Positions 10,108 to 19,587 of a stretch of 64,000 bases of DNA are shown piece by piece. Each line of letters starts with the position of its first letter. Position 1 is the stretch's first letter. Origin of the DNA: an uncultured Bacteroidales bacterium (GTDB taxonomy: Bacteria; Bacteroidota; Bacteroidia; Bacteroidales; JAEINX01); NCBI GenBank assembly GCA_964462015.1, contig CAYWXI010000004.1, forward strand, positions 15,859 through 79,858, in the 5' to 3' direction. Position numbers and translations under genes: made by a program. Below the pieces are notes generated by a model. It had not been told where the DNA came from. It saw only the letters and a list, made by a program, of their open reading frames with translations, and ran no database searches.

Positions 10108-10177
10108 CTGTTAATATTTTTGTAACTGGCGCATATTTAAAAATTTGCGATTTTATTAAAAATTTGGTCTTCCCCCA

Positions 10178-10197
10178 AATTTCCAATTTCTAATTTC
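10178..10197 (-). repeat. (AATTTCY)3 heptamer tract, identical 20-mer to 18421-18440
   Basis: aatttccaatttctaatttc ends 3 nt from the stop codon of the upstream minus-strand GT4 gene (10201-10203). A local 8-bp hairpin pairs aaatttgg with ccaaattt. Confidence 0.7.
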
Positions 10198-10200
10198 ATT

Positions 10201-11394
10201 TCAAATTTCTTCATAAAACTTAACTAATTTTTGAATAATTTTCTCATTATCATATTCTTCTTCAATTAATTTTCGTGCATTCAATCCAATGGTTTCGCAT
10301 AATTCTTTTAATTTTATACATTTTTCTATTTGATCAACAAATTCTTCCGGAGTATTTGCAATCAAAATATTTTTATTTTCTTCATAATGAATTCCTTCAG
10401 CACCTAATTTTGTCGAAATAATTGTTTTACCAAGTGCCATTCCTTCTATTATTTTAATTCGTATTCCGCTACCCGAAAATAAAGGTACTATCATAATAGC
10501 TTTGGAATTAATAAAATCCCGGGCACTTCCAACCTCGCCAACAACTTCAACATTAGTTTTTTTGTTGTTAATCAACCATTCGGGCATTTCTCTACCTGCA
10601 AGATAAAATTTCAGTTCAGGCATTTTTTTATTTATCAAATCCCAGGTTTTATTTAGAAACCAATCAATTCCTTCTTCATTTGGCATCCAGTTCATTGATC
10701 CTATGTGAAACAAAGAAGGAAATTCATATTCATCATTTGACAAATGAAATTTATTCAGATTAATTCCAAAAGGAATATCAGTAATTGGCGTTTTCGTGCC
10801 TGTTTTTTTAAAAAAAACGGCATCGGTTTTTGTAATTGCAGCTATTCCGTCATACTTTTCTAAAGCCTCAAGCTCATAATTTTTAAGAGTTTTGCTAAGA
10901 TGAGATAAATAAAATTTCTTAATCGGATTTTTAGTAGTTTGAGTAATTCTATCCCAAATTATATGCTCAATATTATGGGCACGCAAAACAATTTTTGCAT
11001 TTGAGTGTTTACGAATTGTTTCAATATAAGGAGTAACATAAAGCGTTTCTAATTGAATTATATCGTATGTATTATTGTTAAGAATCTCAATGATTTTTTC
11101 GTCAAATTCTTTAGAAATAAATCTTTGAACATGATAGGATTTGGAAGAAAAAAGATTTAAAAAAGCATCTAACGGTTTTATTCTTAGATCAAGAAAAACA
11201 CCTTCTATTTGTGTTTTTTCTTTATAGTCATCAGGAATAGAATTAATATCGACGGAATATTTATAAGAATTAACTGCAAGAACCTTTACTTTATGGCCCG
11301 AATCAACTAATCCCTCAACAATAGTGTTCATAGCAATCGGGCCTCCTTCTTTTGGAGGATATGGTGATTTATTACAAATCAAAAGAATATTCAT
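10201..11394 (-). CDS. glycosyltransferase family 4 (GT-B)
   Basis: 397 aa. C-terminal MIVPLFSGSGIRIKIIEGMALGKTIIST motif. Confidence 0.85.
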   Translation of the reverse strand: MNILLICNKSPYPPKEGGPIAMNTIVEGLVDSGHKVKVLAVNSYKYSVDINSIPDDYKEKTQIEGVFLDLRIKPLDAFLNLFSSKSYHVQRFISKEFDEKIIEILNNNTYDIIQLETLYVTPYIETIRKHSNAKIVLRAHNIEHIIWDRITQTTKNPIKKFYLSHLSKTLKNYELEALEKYDGIAAITKTDAVFFKKTGTKTPITDIPFGINLNKFHLSNDEYEFPSLFHIGSMNWMPNEEGIDWFLNKTWDLINKKMPELKFYLAGREMPEWLINNKKTNVEVVGEVGSARDFINSKAIMIVPLFSGSGIRIKIIEGMALGKTIISTKLGAEGIHYEENKNILIANTPEEFVDQIEKCIKLKELCETIGLNARKLIEEEYDNEKIIQKLVKFYEEI

Positions 11395-11405
11395 AAAATA
11401 GCAAT

Positions 11406-12827
11406 TTATGTTTTTTTGAAAATTTTAAAAAACACTTTTCTCCATGCATCAGAGTCTAATAATGGAGAATCGGTGGTTGCTTTATAAGTTAGAAAAATAC
11501 CAATCGGGAGCAATACTGCCGAGGCTAACCACATTCCGAGGTAAGGTTCCCAAATACCTGATTCGGAATATTTTTTTCCAATAATTGAGGTAATATGAAA
11601 AATCACAAAAAAGAAAACTGAAATCACAACCGGAAGCCCTAAACCGCCTTTACGGATGATTGCTCCAAGAGGGGCGCCAATAAAAAATAAAATAAAACAA
11701 GCAATTGAAAGTGTAAACTTTTCATTCCAGGCAATTTTGTGCTTTATAATAAATTCATCTCTGGCTTTAATATAGTTTATTTGATGTGAAATATTAGTAT
11801 TTATCCTGTCAACCGTAGTTATTGCTGCTTCAATGATAGATTCCTGTTCTTCAAATTCAAAATTTTCAATGAAATTCGTATTAAAAATATTTCCGGTATC
11901 AACAAAGTTTACATCGTTTGTATCAAGCTTTGAATAAAAATGATAATTACGGCTAAAATTATTGACAAAAGTTTTCTTTTTTTGTTGATTTAATCCTTCT
12001 AACGAATCAATTCCATAATCAAGCTGTTTTAGATTCAACATCATATAATGCGCTTTAAATAAACTTTCATCCGAGCGTTCCATATTAAAGTCCGTTAAAT
12101 CAAAACTCCTCGTTTCTTTGTCAAAACTTGTTCGCTGGAAAGGCCTTGTAATTCTATGTCCTTTCTTATCAATTTTTTCAGAATAATTACACCCATCGTA
12201 AAGTGTGAAAATAAGAAATTTGCTATCAGGAGTTGATTCCATTTTTCCGGATTTGGCTGCTGTTACGTTAATATTGCCTTTTCTGCCGGTATGATCATAA
12301 ATTAATATATCATATAAAGTTGAACCGTCATCATTCTTTTTCCCAACTCTAATCACATAGCCGTCAAGGCCATTATAAAAAACACCTTCTTTTATATTAA
12401 AAGCTAATTTATGTTTTCTTATATCATAAAGTAATGTACGAAACTTTAAATTTGCTTGTGGTAAAATATTATTTGAAAAATATAAAGCCAAAACACTAAT
12501 CAAAAATGATAAAATAATTAAGGGCATCATAATTTTTTTCAATGAAATTCCGGCAGCTTTCATTGCAATTAGTTCATAATGTTCACCCAAATTACCAAAG
12601 GTCATTAATGATGAAAGTAAAATAGCTAATGGTAAGGCAAGAGGAACGAATGTTGATGCAGCATAAAACATCAACTCTGTAACAGTGTACCACTCAAGCC
12701 CTTTCCCAACCAAATCATCAATATATTTCCATAAAAATTGCATCACCAAAATGAATAATGCAATAAAAAAAGTCATTACCAATGGACCCAAATACGACTT
12801 AATAACTAAAATATATATTTTTTTCAC
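11406..12827 (-). CDS. LptF/LptG family LPS export permease
   Basis: 473 aa. YjgP/YjgQ-type N-terminus (YILVIKSYLGPLVMTFFIALFILVMQF), a periplasmic middle domain and C-terminal TM helices. Confidence 0.85.
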   Translation of the reverse strand: MKKIYILVIKSYLGPLVMTFFIALFILVMQFLWKYIDDLVGKGLEWYTVTELMFYAASTFVPLALPLAILLSSLMTFGNLGEHYELIAMKAAGISLKKIMMPLIILSFLISVLALYFSNNILPQANLKFRTLLYDIRKHKLAFNIKEGVFYNGLDGYVIRVGKKNDDGSTLYDILIYDHTGRKGNINVTAAKSGKMESTPDSKFLIFTLYDGCNYSEKIDKKGHRITRPFQRTSFDKETRSFDLTDFNMERSDESLFKAHYMMLNLKQLDYGIDSLEGLNQQKKKTFVNNFSRNYHFYSKLDTNDVNFVDTGNIFNTNFIENFEFEEQESIIEAAITTVDRINTNISHQINYIKARDEFIIKHKIAWNEKFTLSIACFILFFIGAPLGAIIRKGGLGLPVVISVFFFVIFHITSIIGKKYSESGIWEPYLGMWLASAVLLPIGIFLTYKATTDSPLLDSDAWRKVFFKIFKKT

Positions 12828-12970
12828 AATCTTAGATCAAAACAACTTACGTTTTTGAAATTTTTCGATGCAAATATAAAATAAAAAGTTGGCAGTTGGT
12901 AGTCATTAGTCCACACCCGAAAGCATACAGCAGTTTTTTACGGATGATTAAATTATTTTAAAAAAATCCT

Positions 12971-12978
12971 TAGATTTG
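12971..12978 (+). promoter_or_regulatory. candidate -7 promoter box (TAnnTTTG)
   Basis: TAGATTTG 13 nt upstream of the ATG at 12992. Confidence 0.4.
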
Positions 12979-12991
12979 TAAGAAAAAATTA

Positions 12992-13876
12992 ATGAAAATC
13001 CTTTACAACGAAAAATTCCTTAAACATAATGTCAATAGCAGTGCCGAAGGTGCCTATCGAATTAAAGATTTTAAGGATATTGAAAATACTGAAGCTGATG
13101 GTGAGAAATATTTCTCGTTAATTCACGATGCAGATTATATAAAAATGATAAAAGAGGCATGCATGAATAACGATATGCTTGCCGAAGTCCAACTTACAAA
13201 ATCTTCTTATGATGCAGCACGAACAGCAGTCGGATTAGCAATACTTGCTTCTGAGCAAAACGATTTTGCAGTTATTAGGCCTCCTGGACATCATGCCGGA
13301 AGAAAAAGAGCTGCCGGATTTTGTTTCTTTAATAATCTTGCAATTGCCACACAAAAACTTGTTAATGAAGGCAAAAAGGTATTTATCCTTGATTTCGACG
13401 GCCATCATGGCGATGGAACTCAAGATATATTTTATGAAACCGACAATGTATTTTTCTGTTCTATACACCAATTATATGCTTACCCTTTTTCAGGCATGGA
13501 AAATGAAAAAGGAGAAGGGCCAGGCGATGGATTTACAATGAATATTCCTTTAGTTGCCGAAAGCGGGGATAAAGAATTTTTGGCTGCGGTGGATAAAGCA
13601 ATAATGATGGCTGTAGATTTTAATCCCGATGTTATTGCCGTATCAGCAGGTTTTGATGCCTATAAACTTGACAGATTGCTCAATTTGAATTATTCCCTTG
13701 ATGCATTTTTTCAATGCGGTTTAAAACTTCGTCGTTCATTCGGGAATATTTTTGCAGTTCTTGAAGGAGGCTATCATTACGATATCAGAAAATGTGTCGA
13801 TAGCTTTATTGAAGGTGTAAACAAAGGCAACAATCCTCCAAAAAGCAATTGGAATCACGAAATGTCGATGGGTTAG
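12992..13876 (+). CDS. histone deacetylase-family (acetoin utilization / acetylpolyamine amidohydrolase-like) protein
   Basis: 294 aa. Motifs RPPGHHA, DFDGHHGDGTQ, EGGY. Confidence 0.9.
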   Translation: MKILYNEKFLKHNVNSSAEGAYRIKDFKDIENTEADGEKYFSLIHDADYIKMIKEACMNNDMLAEVQLTKSSYDAARTAVGLAILASEQNDFAVIRPPGHHAGRKRAAGFCFFNNLAIATQKLVNEGKKVFILDFDGHHGDGTQDIFYETDNVFFCSIHQLYAYPFSGMENEKGEGPGDGFTMNIPLVAESGDKEFLAAVDKAIMMAVDFNPDVIAVSAGFDAYKLDRLLNLNYSLDAFFQCGLKLRRSFGNIFAVLEGGYHYDIRKCVDSFIEGVNKGNNPPKSNWNHEMSMG

Positions 13877-14064
13877 GAAGAAAGTTTCGGGTTTCGGGTT
13901 TCGGGTTACGCCGTCTCTTCGTCTCTTTGTTTCGCAGTCTCTCCTTTCAGGTTTTCCTTCTCCGCTAAAGCTACAGCGGACAGGCAGGTTTCAGGTTACT
14001 TTTGACCTCCATCATTCCAAAACTCCACTATTCCATCACTCCATCTCCCCGTCTCTCCTTTCAG
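13877..14064. repeat. convergent intergenic region composed almost entirely of word repeats
   Basis: (gtttcgg)x3 at 13884-13904. gtctctcctttcag occurs twice (13937-13950, 14051-14064). ccatcattccaaaactccactattccatcactccatctcccc abuts the stop of the minus-strand gene. Confidence 0.75.
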
Positions 14065-15627
14065 CTAATTACCCAAAATCATTTTTCGCTTTACGTTTTG
14101 TTTTTCAGTTGATAGTGAAAAATAATAAATACCGGGGGCAAGATTATATTTTTGTGCATTAAACTGTTTTTCATATTTTCCGGCAGGCAAAAATTCATTA
14201 TTGATAATTGATGTAATTTTTCTTCCAAACATATCAAAAACCGATAAACTTACAACAGAGTGCTCTCTTAACTTAAATTTGAACCATGTATTATCAGAAA
14301 ATGGATTTGGATAATTTTGTTCTAAAGCAAAAGGAACAGACTCGAAATTATCAATTCCAACCCATTCGGAGTCAACTATTGCTGCCCAGACACTTCTTAC
14401 ACTATTTTCCATTCTTATCCAAACAGGCCGAATTACATTATTGTGTACTACAATGTTATTGTAGTCGCCGAAAAAGAGATTGGAATTTGGGATAAATGGC
14501 GACTCGCTGATTTTGAAATTTACAAATGTTTCTCCTCCATCTTTTGAAACAGCCATATAAACATCAGTAGAAGGATCATCATATTCACGTCTATCATAAT
14601 AAACAAAATAAATATAGCCTGTAATTTGGTCAACTGTCATCCATGTAAAAAATTGTTGCTTTCCGGCAGGATCATCATTTACCCGTTTTACATCACCCCA
14701 GGTTTCACCTCCGTCGGTGGATTTGATAAACCAAACGTCGGTGTCATCTATACCATTTCTTTGATCCGACCAATTTATATAGATGTTTCCATGAAATTCA
14801 CCATTACTTAAATCACAAACTGTTACAGGCAATCCATTGCAGCGGTAAATACCCGGGATTTCATAGGCCCATCCGTCAGGAATATCCGTTACAAAAATAT
14901 CGTCATCTAACCAGGTTTCTCCCTGATCAAGTGATTTATCGAAGACAAGGCCCAAAGGCCCGGCCCAGGAAACATATATTTCGCCGTTTGGCCCGACAGC
15001 CGGAACTGCACCCTCAACAGTATTATCATCATCAATGCAATCACCTGAAACCTGATTAATTTGCATGGCATCACTCCATGTTTCACCGGCATCTGTTGAT
15101 TTGGAAAACATTATATTGCTTTTATCCAAAGGATTTGGACTACCGTAATCATCAAACTGTGTCCAGGTAACATATATGTTGTTATTTGTTCGATCGACAA
15201 TTGCCCATTCTTTATCCTGGGCCTTAGTTCCATTCAAACCCATATAAGTCCCATTATTCCAAACTCCTCCGGGTTCATCAACTTTTTGGCAAACAATTCT
15301 GTCTATCCAGCTTCCCGATTGTGGATTCGATAAATGGAAAAAATAGAAACTTCCGGTAGTATCAGTAATGATGCAAGGATCTCCCCAAACACCATATTCA
15401 GGGGAAACTAAAGTTCCGGCAATCCAGTTATATCCACCATCTGTCGAATAAAAATATTTATTAGTATTGGCCCCTACTATCATTTGATCAGTGTTTTTTA
15501 AGTTTAAATAAATAGAAGGTTCATTTGGCCCATTGACATCACTTATCATTATATTTAAATGATATTGAGCTTGTGTGCTAATTACATAACATAAACTCAT
15601 TAAAATAAAAAGATATAGTTTTTTCAT
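14065..15627 (-). CDS. secreted BNR/Asp-box repeat (sialidase-like beta-propeller) protein with T9SS C-terminal sorting domain
   Basis: 520 aa. Signal peptide, Asp-boxes STDAGETWS, SLDQGETWL, STDGGETWG, SKDGGETF, and a C-terminal NYPNPF...YYFSL...KMIL sorting domain. Confidence 0.85.
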   Translation of the reverse strand: MKKLYLFILMSLCYVISTQAQYHLNIMISDVNGPNEPSIYLNLKNTDQMIVGANTNKYFYSTDGGYNWIAGTLVSPEYGVWGDPCIITDTTGSFYFFHLSNPQSGSWIDRIVCQKVDEPGGVWNNGTYMGLNGTKAQDKEWAIVDRTNNNIYVTWTQFDDYGSPNPLDKSNIMFSKSTDAGETWSDAMQINQVSGDCIDDDNTVEGAVPAVGPNGEIYVSWAGPLGLVFDKSLDQGETWLDDDIFVTDIPDGWAYEIPGIYRCNGLPVTVCDLSNGEFHGNIYINWSDQRNGIDDTDVWFIKSTDGGETWGDVKRVNDDPAGKQQFFTWMTVDQITGYIYFVYYDRREYDDPSTDVYMAVSKDGGETFVNFKISESPFIPNSNLFFGDYNNIVVHNNVIRPVWIRMENSVRSVWAAIVDSEWVGIDNFESVPFALEQNYPNPFSDNTWFKFKLREHSVVSLSVFDMFGRKITSIINNEFLPAGKYEKQFNAQKYNLAPGIYYFSLSTEKQNVKRKMILGN

Positions 15628-15811
15628 ATTTGTTTTTATTTATGAGACAAAAAAGCAATCTTTTAAGTTGCCTAAATTCTGTCTTTTTTAACAAAAGTAC
15701 AATTAAATAATAAATATTGAATGATGATAGAATGATTTTTCATAATTTTTCTAATTTTAAGGGCTTGAAATGATGTGAAAAATGAATATAGTTTTAATTT
15801 GATATATTTTT

Positions 15812-15819
15812 TACTTTTG
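15812..15819 (+). promoter_or_regulatory. candidate -7 promoter box (TAnnTTTG), unusually close to the start codon
   Basis: TACTTTTG ends 8 nt before the ATG at 15828. This implies a near-leaderless mRNA or use of another promoter. Confidence 0.3.
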
Positions 15820-15827
15820 CTATAAAT

Positions 15828-17495
15828 ATGAATGAAAATAATTTATCAGAACCCGGCAATTCCCGCTTAGTAAAATCTTCGTCTGGGAAAGGAAAAAAGA
15901 AACGACCCGGTATTCTTTTTTGGATCATTATTGCCATTATTCTGGGGACTTTGACAGGAGGATGGTTTCCTGAATTTGCTTTAAACTTTTCTATATTGGG
16001 AGAGGTATTCCTCAATTCACTGATGATGCTGGTTGTTCCTGTTGTAATGTTGTCACTTATTGTCGGTATCACCCGTCTGGGAAATATTCGTAATCTTGGA
16101 TCAGTAGGTGGCCGTACTATTGCTTATTATCTTATAACAAGTGGTATAGCAGTGATTGTAGGCATTATTCTTGTTAATATTATCAATCCCGGAAAAGGAA
16201 TACAACCGGGGGAAACTCATCCTGATTTCCATTATACAGTGGGAGGGAAAAACAACCGCACTGTATTTCTTTCAAATGAAAAATGGGAAAAAACCCGGTA
16301 CTCTGACAAATATAATATTGCGCTTATAGATCAGGCAGTACAAGGTGTTATTGAGTCATTTTCTGACACTTCAGTAACAGTAAAACTCTGGGAGAGCACT
16401 CATGCTGAAGAACAGTTTTATATCATTGCAGAAGATGGAACACAATTACAATTCAGCCGTATTGAACGGCAACTGGTTTCTACAGAACCGGAAATTACAT
16501 CATATGGAACCGGTTTAGAAATTAAATTTTCTATTACAAGCAAATTGAAAGGAGAAGAAACGGGAAACGTCGGTAAAACGCTAAAACAAATATTAACAGG
16601 TGATGAAGAAACCGGGAAACAGGGATTAATTCCAAGTAATATTTTTTCGGCAATGACCAATATGGATATTCTTCCGCTAATAGTTTTTGCGCTTTTACTT
16701 GGAGCAGCACTTTCGGTATTGGGGGAAAAAGCAAATTCTGCAATCAGTTTTATATCAACATTGAATGATGCTGTAATGAAACTTGTGCATTGGATAATGA
16801 TTGTCTCGCCGATTGGCATTTTCGGTTTAATCACTGCACGAATTGGCGTGGCCGGAGGTTTTAAAGATTTTCTCCCGGAATTAATATCACTCGGCAAATA
16901 TAGTATGACTGTAATGATTGGGCTGTTTATTCACGGATTTATAATTTTACCTCTAATTCTTAAAGTTCTAGGCAATAAAAGACCGGCTCCTTACGCTAAA
17001 GGTGTTGGTGCAGCCCTTTTAAATGCCTTCTCTACAGCATCAAGTACAGCCACCCTGCCATTAACTATTGAAGGTGTTGTGGAAGAAAATAAAGTATCCA
17101 ACAAAACAGCAAGCTTTATACTCCCTCTTGGAGCTACAATAAACATGGATGGAACAGCTCTTTATGAAGCTGTTGCCGCAATTTTCATTGCTCAGGTTTA
17201 TGGAATCCATCTTGAACCTGCCATGATGGGAGTTGTTTTCCTAACAGCAACACTTGCTGCTATTGGTGCCGCAGGAATACCTGAGGCAGGCCTTGTAACC
17301 ATGGTTATTGTTTTGAAAGCTGTTGGCCTACCTATTGAAGGTATCGGACTTCTGTTATCAATAGACTGGATGCTCGACAGATTCAGAACAACTGTCAATG
17401 TTTGGGGTGATAGTGTTGGGGCTGCTGTGATTGATAGTTTGGAAGAAAGGAAAAAGAGTAATATTAAAAAGTCAAACAACCATAAAGGATTTTAA
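15828..17495 (+). CDS. dicarboxylate/amino acid:cation symporter (DAACS/GltP family) with a large soluble insertion
   Basis: 555 aa. Family motifs (SSTATLP, NMDGTALYEAVAAIFIAQ, DRFRTTVNVWGD). About 140 extra residues lie between early TM segments. Confidence 0.9.
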   Translation: MNENNLSEPGNSRLVKSSSGKGKKKRPGILFWIIIAIILGTLTGGWFPEFALNFSILGEVFLNSLMMLVVPVVMLSLIVGITRLGNIRNLGSVGGRTIAYYLITSGIAVIVGIILVNIINPGKGIQPGETHPDFHYTVGGKNNRTVFLSNEKWEKTRYSDKYNIALIDQAVQGVIESFSDTSVTVKLWESTHAEEQFYIIAEDGTQLQFSRIERQLVSTEPEITSYGTGLEIKFSITSKLKGEETGNVGKTLKQILTGDEETGKQGLIPSNIFSAMTNMDILPLIVFALLLGAALSVLGEKANSAISFISTLNDAVMKLVHWIMIVSPIGIFGLITARIGVAGGFKDFLPELISLGKYSMTVMIGLFIHGFIILPLILKVLGNKRPAPYAKGVGAALLNAFSTASSTATLPLTIEGVVEENKVSNKTASFILPLGATINMDGTALYEAVAAIFIAQVYGIHLEPAMMGVVFLTATLAAIGAAGIPEAGLVTMVIVLKAVGLPIEGIGLLLSIDWMLDRFRTTVNVWGDSVGAAVIDSLEERKKSNIKKSNNHKGF

Positions 17496-17606
17496 TCCTC
17501 AATCTTGTTTATCGAATTGTTAATTAGTTGTTCCATAATAATTGCCTTTTACATAAGGCAAAAACTATAAAAAATTGCATTATGCAAAAGGCAATTTAAC
17601 GATATT

Positions 17607-18374
17607 TTATTTCTCCAACCACGCCTTAAAACTCTTCACTTTTTCGCGACTTACAATAATATCTTCATCGTTTTTTACTTTTAATTCAATTTTCAGGCGG
17701 CTGTTTGAATAGCTGATTATGTCGGAAATTGCTTTTAAATTAATAATATATTTTCTGTTTACTCTGAAAAATTCATCGGGATTTATAAGGCTTTCAATTT
17801 GTTCTAAAGAATAATCCAAAACATAATTATTGTTTTCACTTGTTTTTAAAAAACTTGCTTTTTCTAAGGAATAAAAACAACTGATGTCTTCAACCTGAAT
17901 AGATTTTATATGCTCGCCAACTTTTATCACAAAACGGCTTTTATATTCTTTTGTCAAAAGTTGCAAAACCTTATCGAAGGTTAAGTTTTTTGATGAAATA
18001 TTTTCAGGTTTCTTCTCAAAATATATTTTTTTAAACTTTTCGATAGCAGTTGAAAGTTCATCAAAATCAATAGGTTTTAAAAGATAATCTATGCTGTTAA
18101 CCTTAAATGCTTTTATTGCATATTGGTCGTAGGCAGTTGTAAAAATTATCGGGCTGGTGATTAGTGTTTTCTCGAAAATTTCGAAACTTAAACCATCGGC
18201 CAACTGAATATCCATAAAAACCAGGTCGGGAGGTGGGTTTGAATTAAACCATTTAACACTTTTTTCAACAGTATCGAATTTACCGAGAATTTCTACTTCA
18301 GGATCGTATTTAAAGATAAGTTCGAGTAAACGTTTGACAGCCAGTTGTTCGTCTTCGATTATAATTATTTTCAT
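17607..18374 (-). CDS. LytTR-family response regulator
   Basis: 255 aa. REC domain (DLVFMDIQLADG), C-terminal LytTR DNA-binding domain (FFRVNRKYIINL). Confidence 0.9.
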   Translation of the reverse strand: MKIIIIEDEQLAVKRLLELIFKYDPEVEILGKFDTVEKSVKWFNSNPPPDLVFMDIQLADGLSFEIFEKTLITSPIIFTTAYDQYAIKAFKVNSIDYLLKPIDFDELSTAIEKFKKIYFEKKPENISSKNLTFDKVLQLLTKEYKSRFVIKVGEHIKSIQVEDISCFYSLEKASFLKTSENNNYVLDYSLEQIESLINPDEFFRVNRKYIINLKAISDIISYSNSRLKIELKVKNDEDIIVSREKVKSFKAWLEK

Positions 18375-18388
18375 CTGTTTGTTTTTTG

Positions 18389-18440
18389 GAAATTAGAAAT
18401 TGGAAATTCAAGAGAGTCCAAATTTCCAATTTCTAATTTC
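18389..18440 (-). repeat. perfect 20-bp stem / 12-nt loop hairpin in the kinase-regulator intercistronic gap
   Basis: gaaattagaaattggaaatt (18389-18408) and aatttccaatttctaatttc (18421-18440) are exact reverse complements. The loop is caagagagtcca. Confidence 0.9.
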
Positions 18441-18445
18441 AAGTT

Positions 18446-19528
18446 TCATTTTTTCAATATTAAAGGAATTTTCACAACGAATTCTTTTGGCTCCGACCCT
18501 ACATTTTCGGTTTCCGGTTGTTCTACAACAACTTCCTCTTTTGAAAGATATTTATACCTTAATTTAATATTTTCCAATCCAACATGGTTATCCCTTTTTT
18601 CATCATTCTTGTTTTCCTTGATGGTTTTCTTGATCTGCAAATTATTCTTAACAATAATGTGTTTATTATCCTTGAATATATCAATAGTCAAAGGTTTTTC
18701 TTTAGTAATGATATTATGCTTAATAGCATTTTCAACCAACAACTGAATCGACAACGGAATCACCATTATGTTTCCGGAATTGTTTAAATTGATATTTATT
18801 CTAAGGTTTTCACTGAACCGGATTTTTTGAAGAAAACAGTAATTATTAACAAAATCTATTTCGGTTTTAAGCGGCACAAGTTCAACATCTTTGACTTCTA
18901 ACACATAGCGATATACTTCCGACAATTGTTTAATAAACTCAACTGCTCTATCCTGATCGACATAAACTAATGATGACAAAGTATTCAAACTATTAAATAA
19001 AAAATGTGGATTCACCTGGTTTTTCAATGATTCGTATTCTAAAGACAATTTTTCGCGTTTTAAAATTTCTTCGTTAGTAACAGATATTCGCCATTGTTTG
19101 AAAAATTCGATTGAATAAAGAACAAAAATAATAATGATTGTAATCATCATTTGGATTACAAAAATCCAGTACCCGCCATGCTTGAAAATAAAATCATAAA
19201 AATTGTCTCCATGATAAAGCCCAAACCACAAATAATTTACTATAATTATTGTAATTGACGAAAATACAAGCATTATAATGATATGAACAAATATTCGTTT
19301 CTTTGGATTATCTTCCCATTTAACTATACGATCAATAAAGAGTTCAGGAAGTGTATTTGCTTCTAAAAGTGAAAAACCTATTATAAATGAGTAAAGTAAA
19401 TTGTTGGTAAAAAATTCAATAGTAAGATTTGATAAATTGGAAAAAAACAAAGAAAAACATAAACCAATTAAAGTTACTATAATTGTTACTCGTATATGCT
19501 TGTAAACGACCTGTTTAGTAATTTTCAT
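18446..19528 (-). CDS. LytS/YehU-type sensor histidine kinase
   Basis: 360 aa. Multiple TM helices, His_kinase region NPHFLFNSLN, C-terminal ATPase region (NAIKHN...GLENI). Confidence 0.85.
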   Translation of the reverse strand: MKITKQVVYKHIRVTIIVTLIGLCFSLFFSNLSNLTIEFFTNNLLYSFIIGFSLLEANTLPELFIDRIVKWEDNPKKRIFVHIIIMLVFSSITIIIVNYLWFGLYHGDNFYDFIFKHGGYWIFVIQMMITIIIIFVLYSIEFFKQWRISVTNEEILKREKLSLEYESLKNQVNPHFLFNSLNTLSSLVYVDQDRAVEFIKQLSEVYRYVLEVKDVELVPLKTEIDFVNNYCFLQKIRFSENLRININLNNSGNIMVIPLSIQLLVENAIKHNIITKEKPLTIDIFKDNKHIIVKNNLQIKKTIKENKNDEKRDNHVGLENIKLRYKYLSKEEVVVEQPETENVGSEPKEFVVKIPLILKK

Positions 19529-19587
19529 CTTTCATGATTATTGGGTGATAAATTTATAAAAATTTGTTAATATTGAATTTATAAAAC

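Noticed and set aside
16418-17479. Minus-strand ORFs (159, 69 and 93 aa) inside the symporter gene.
   Set aside because: They are antisense shadows of a strongly supported DAACS transporter gene.
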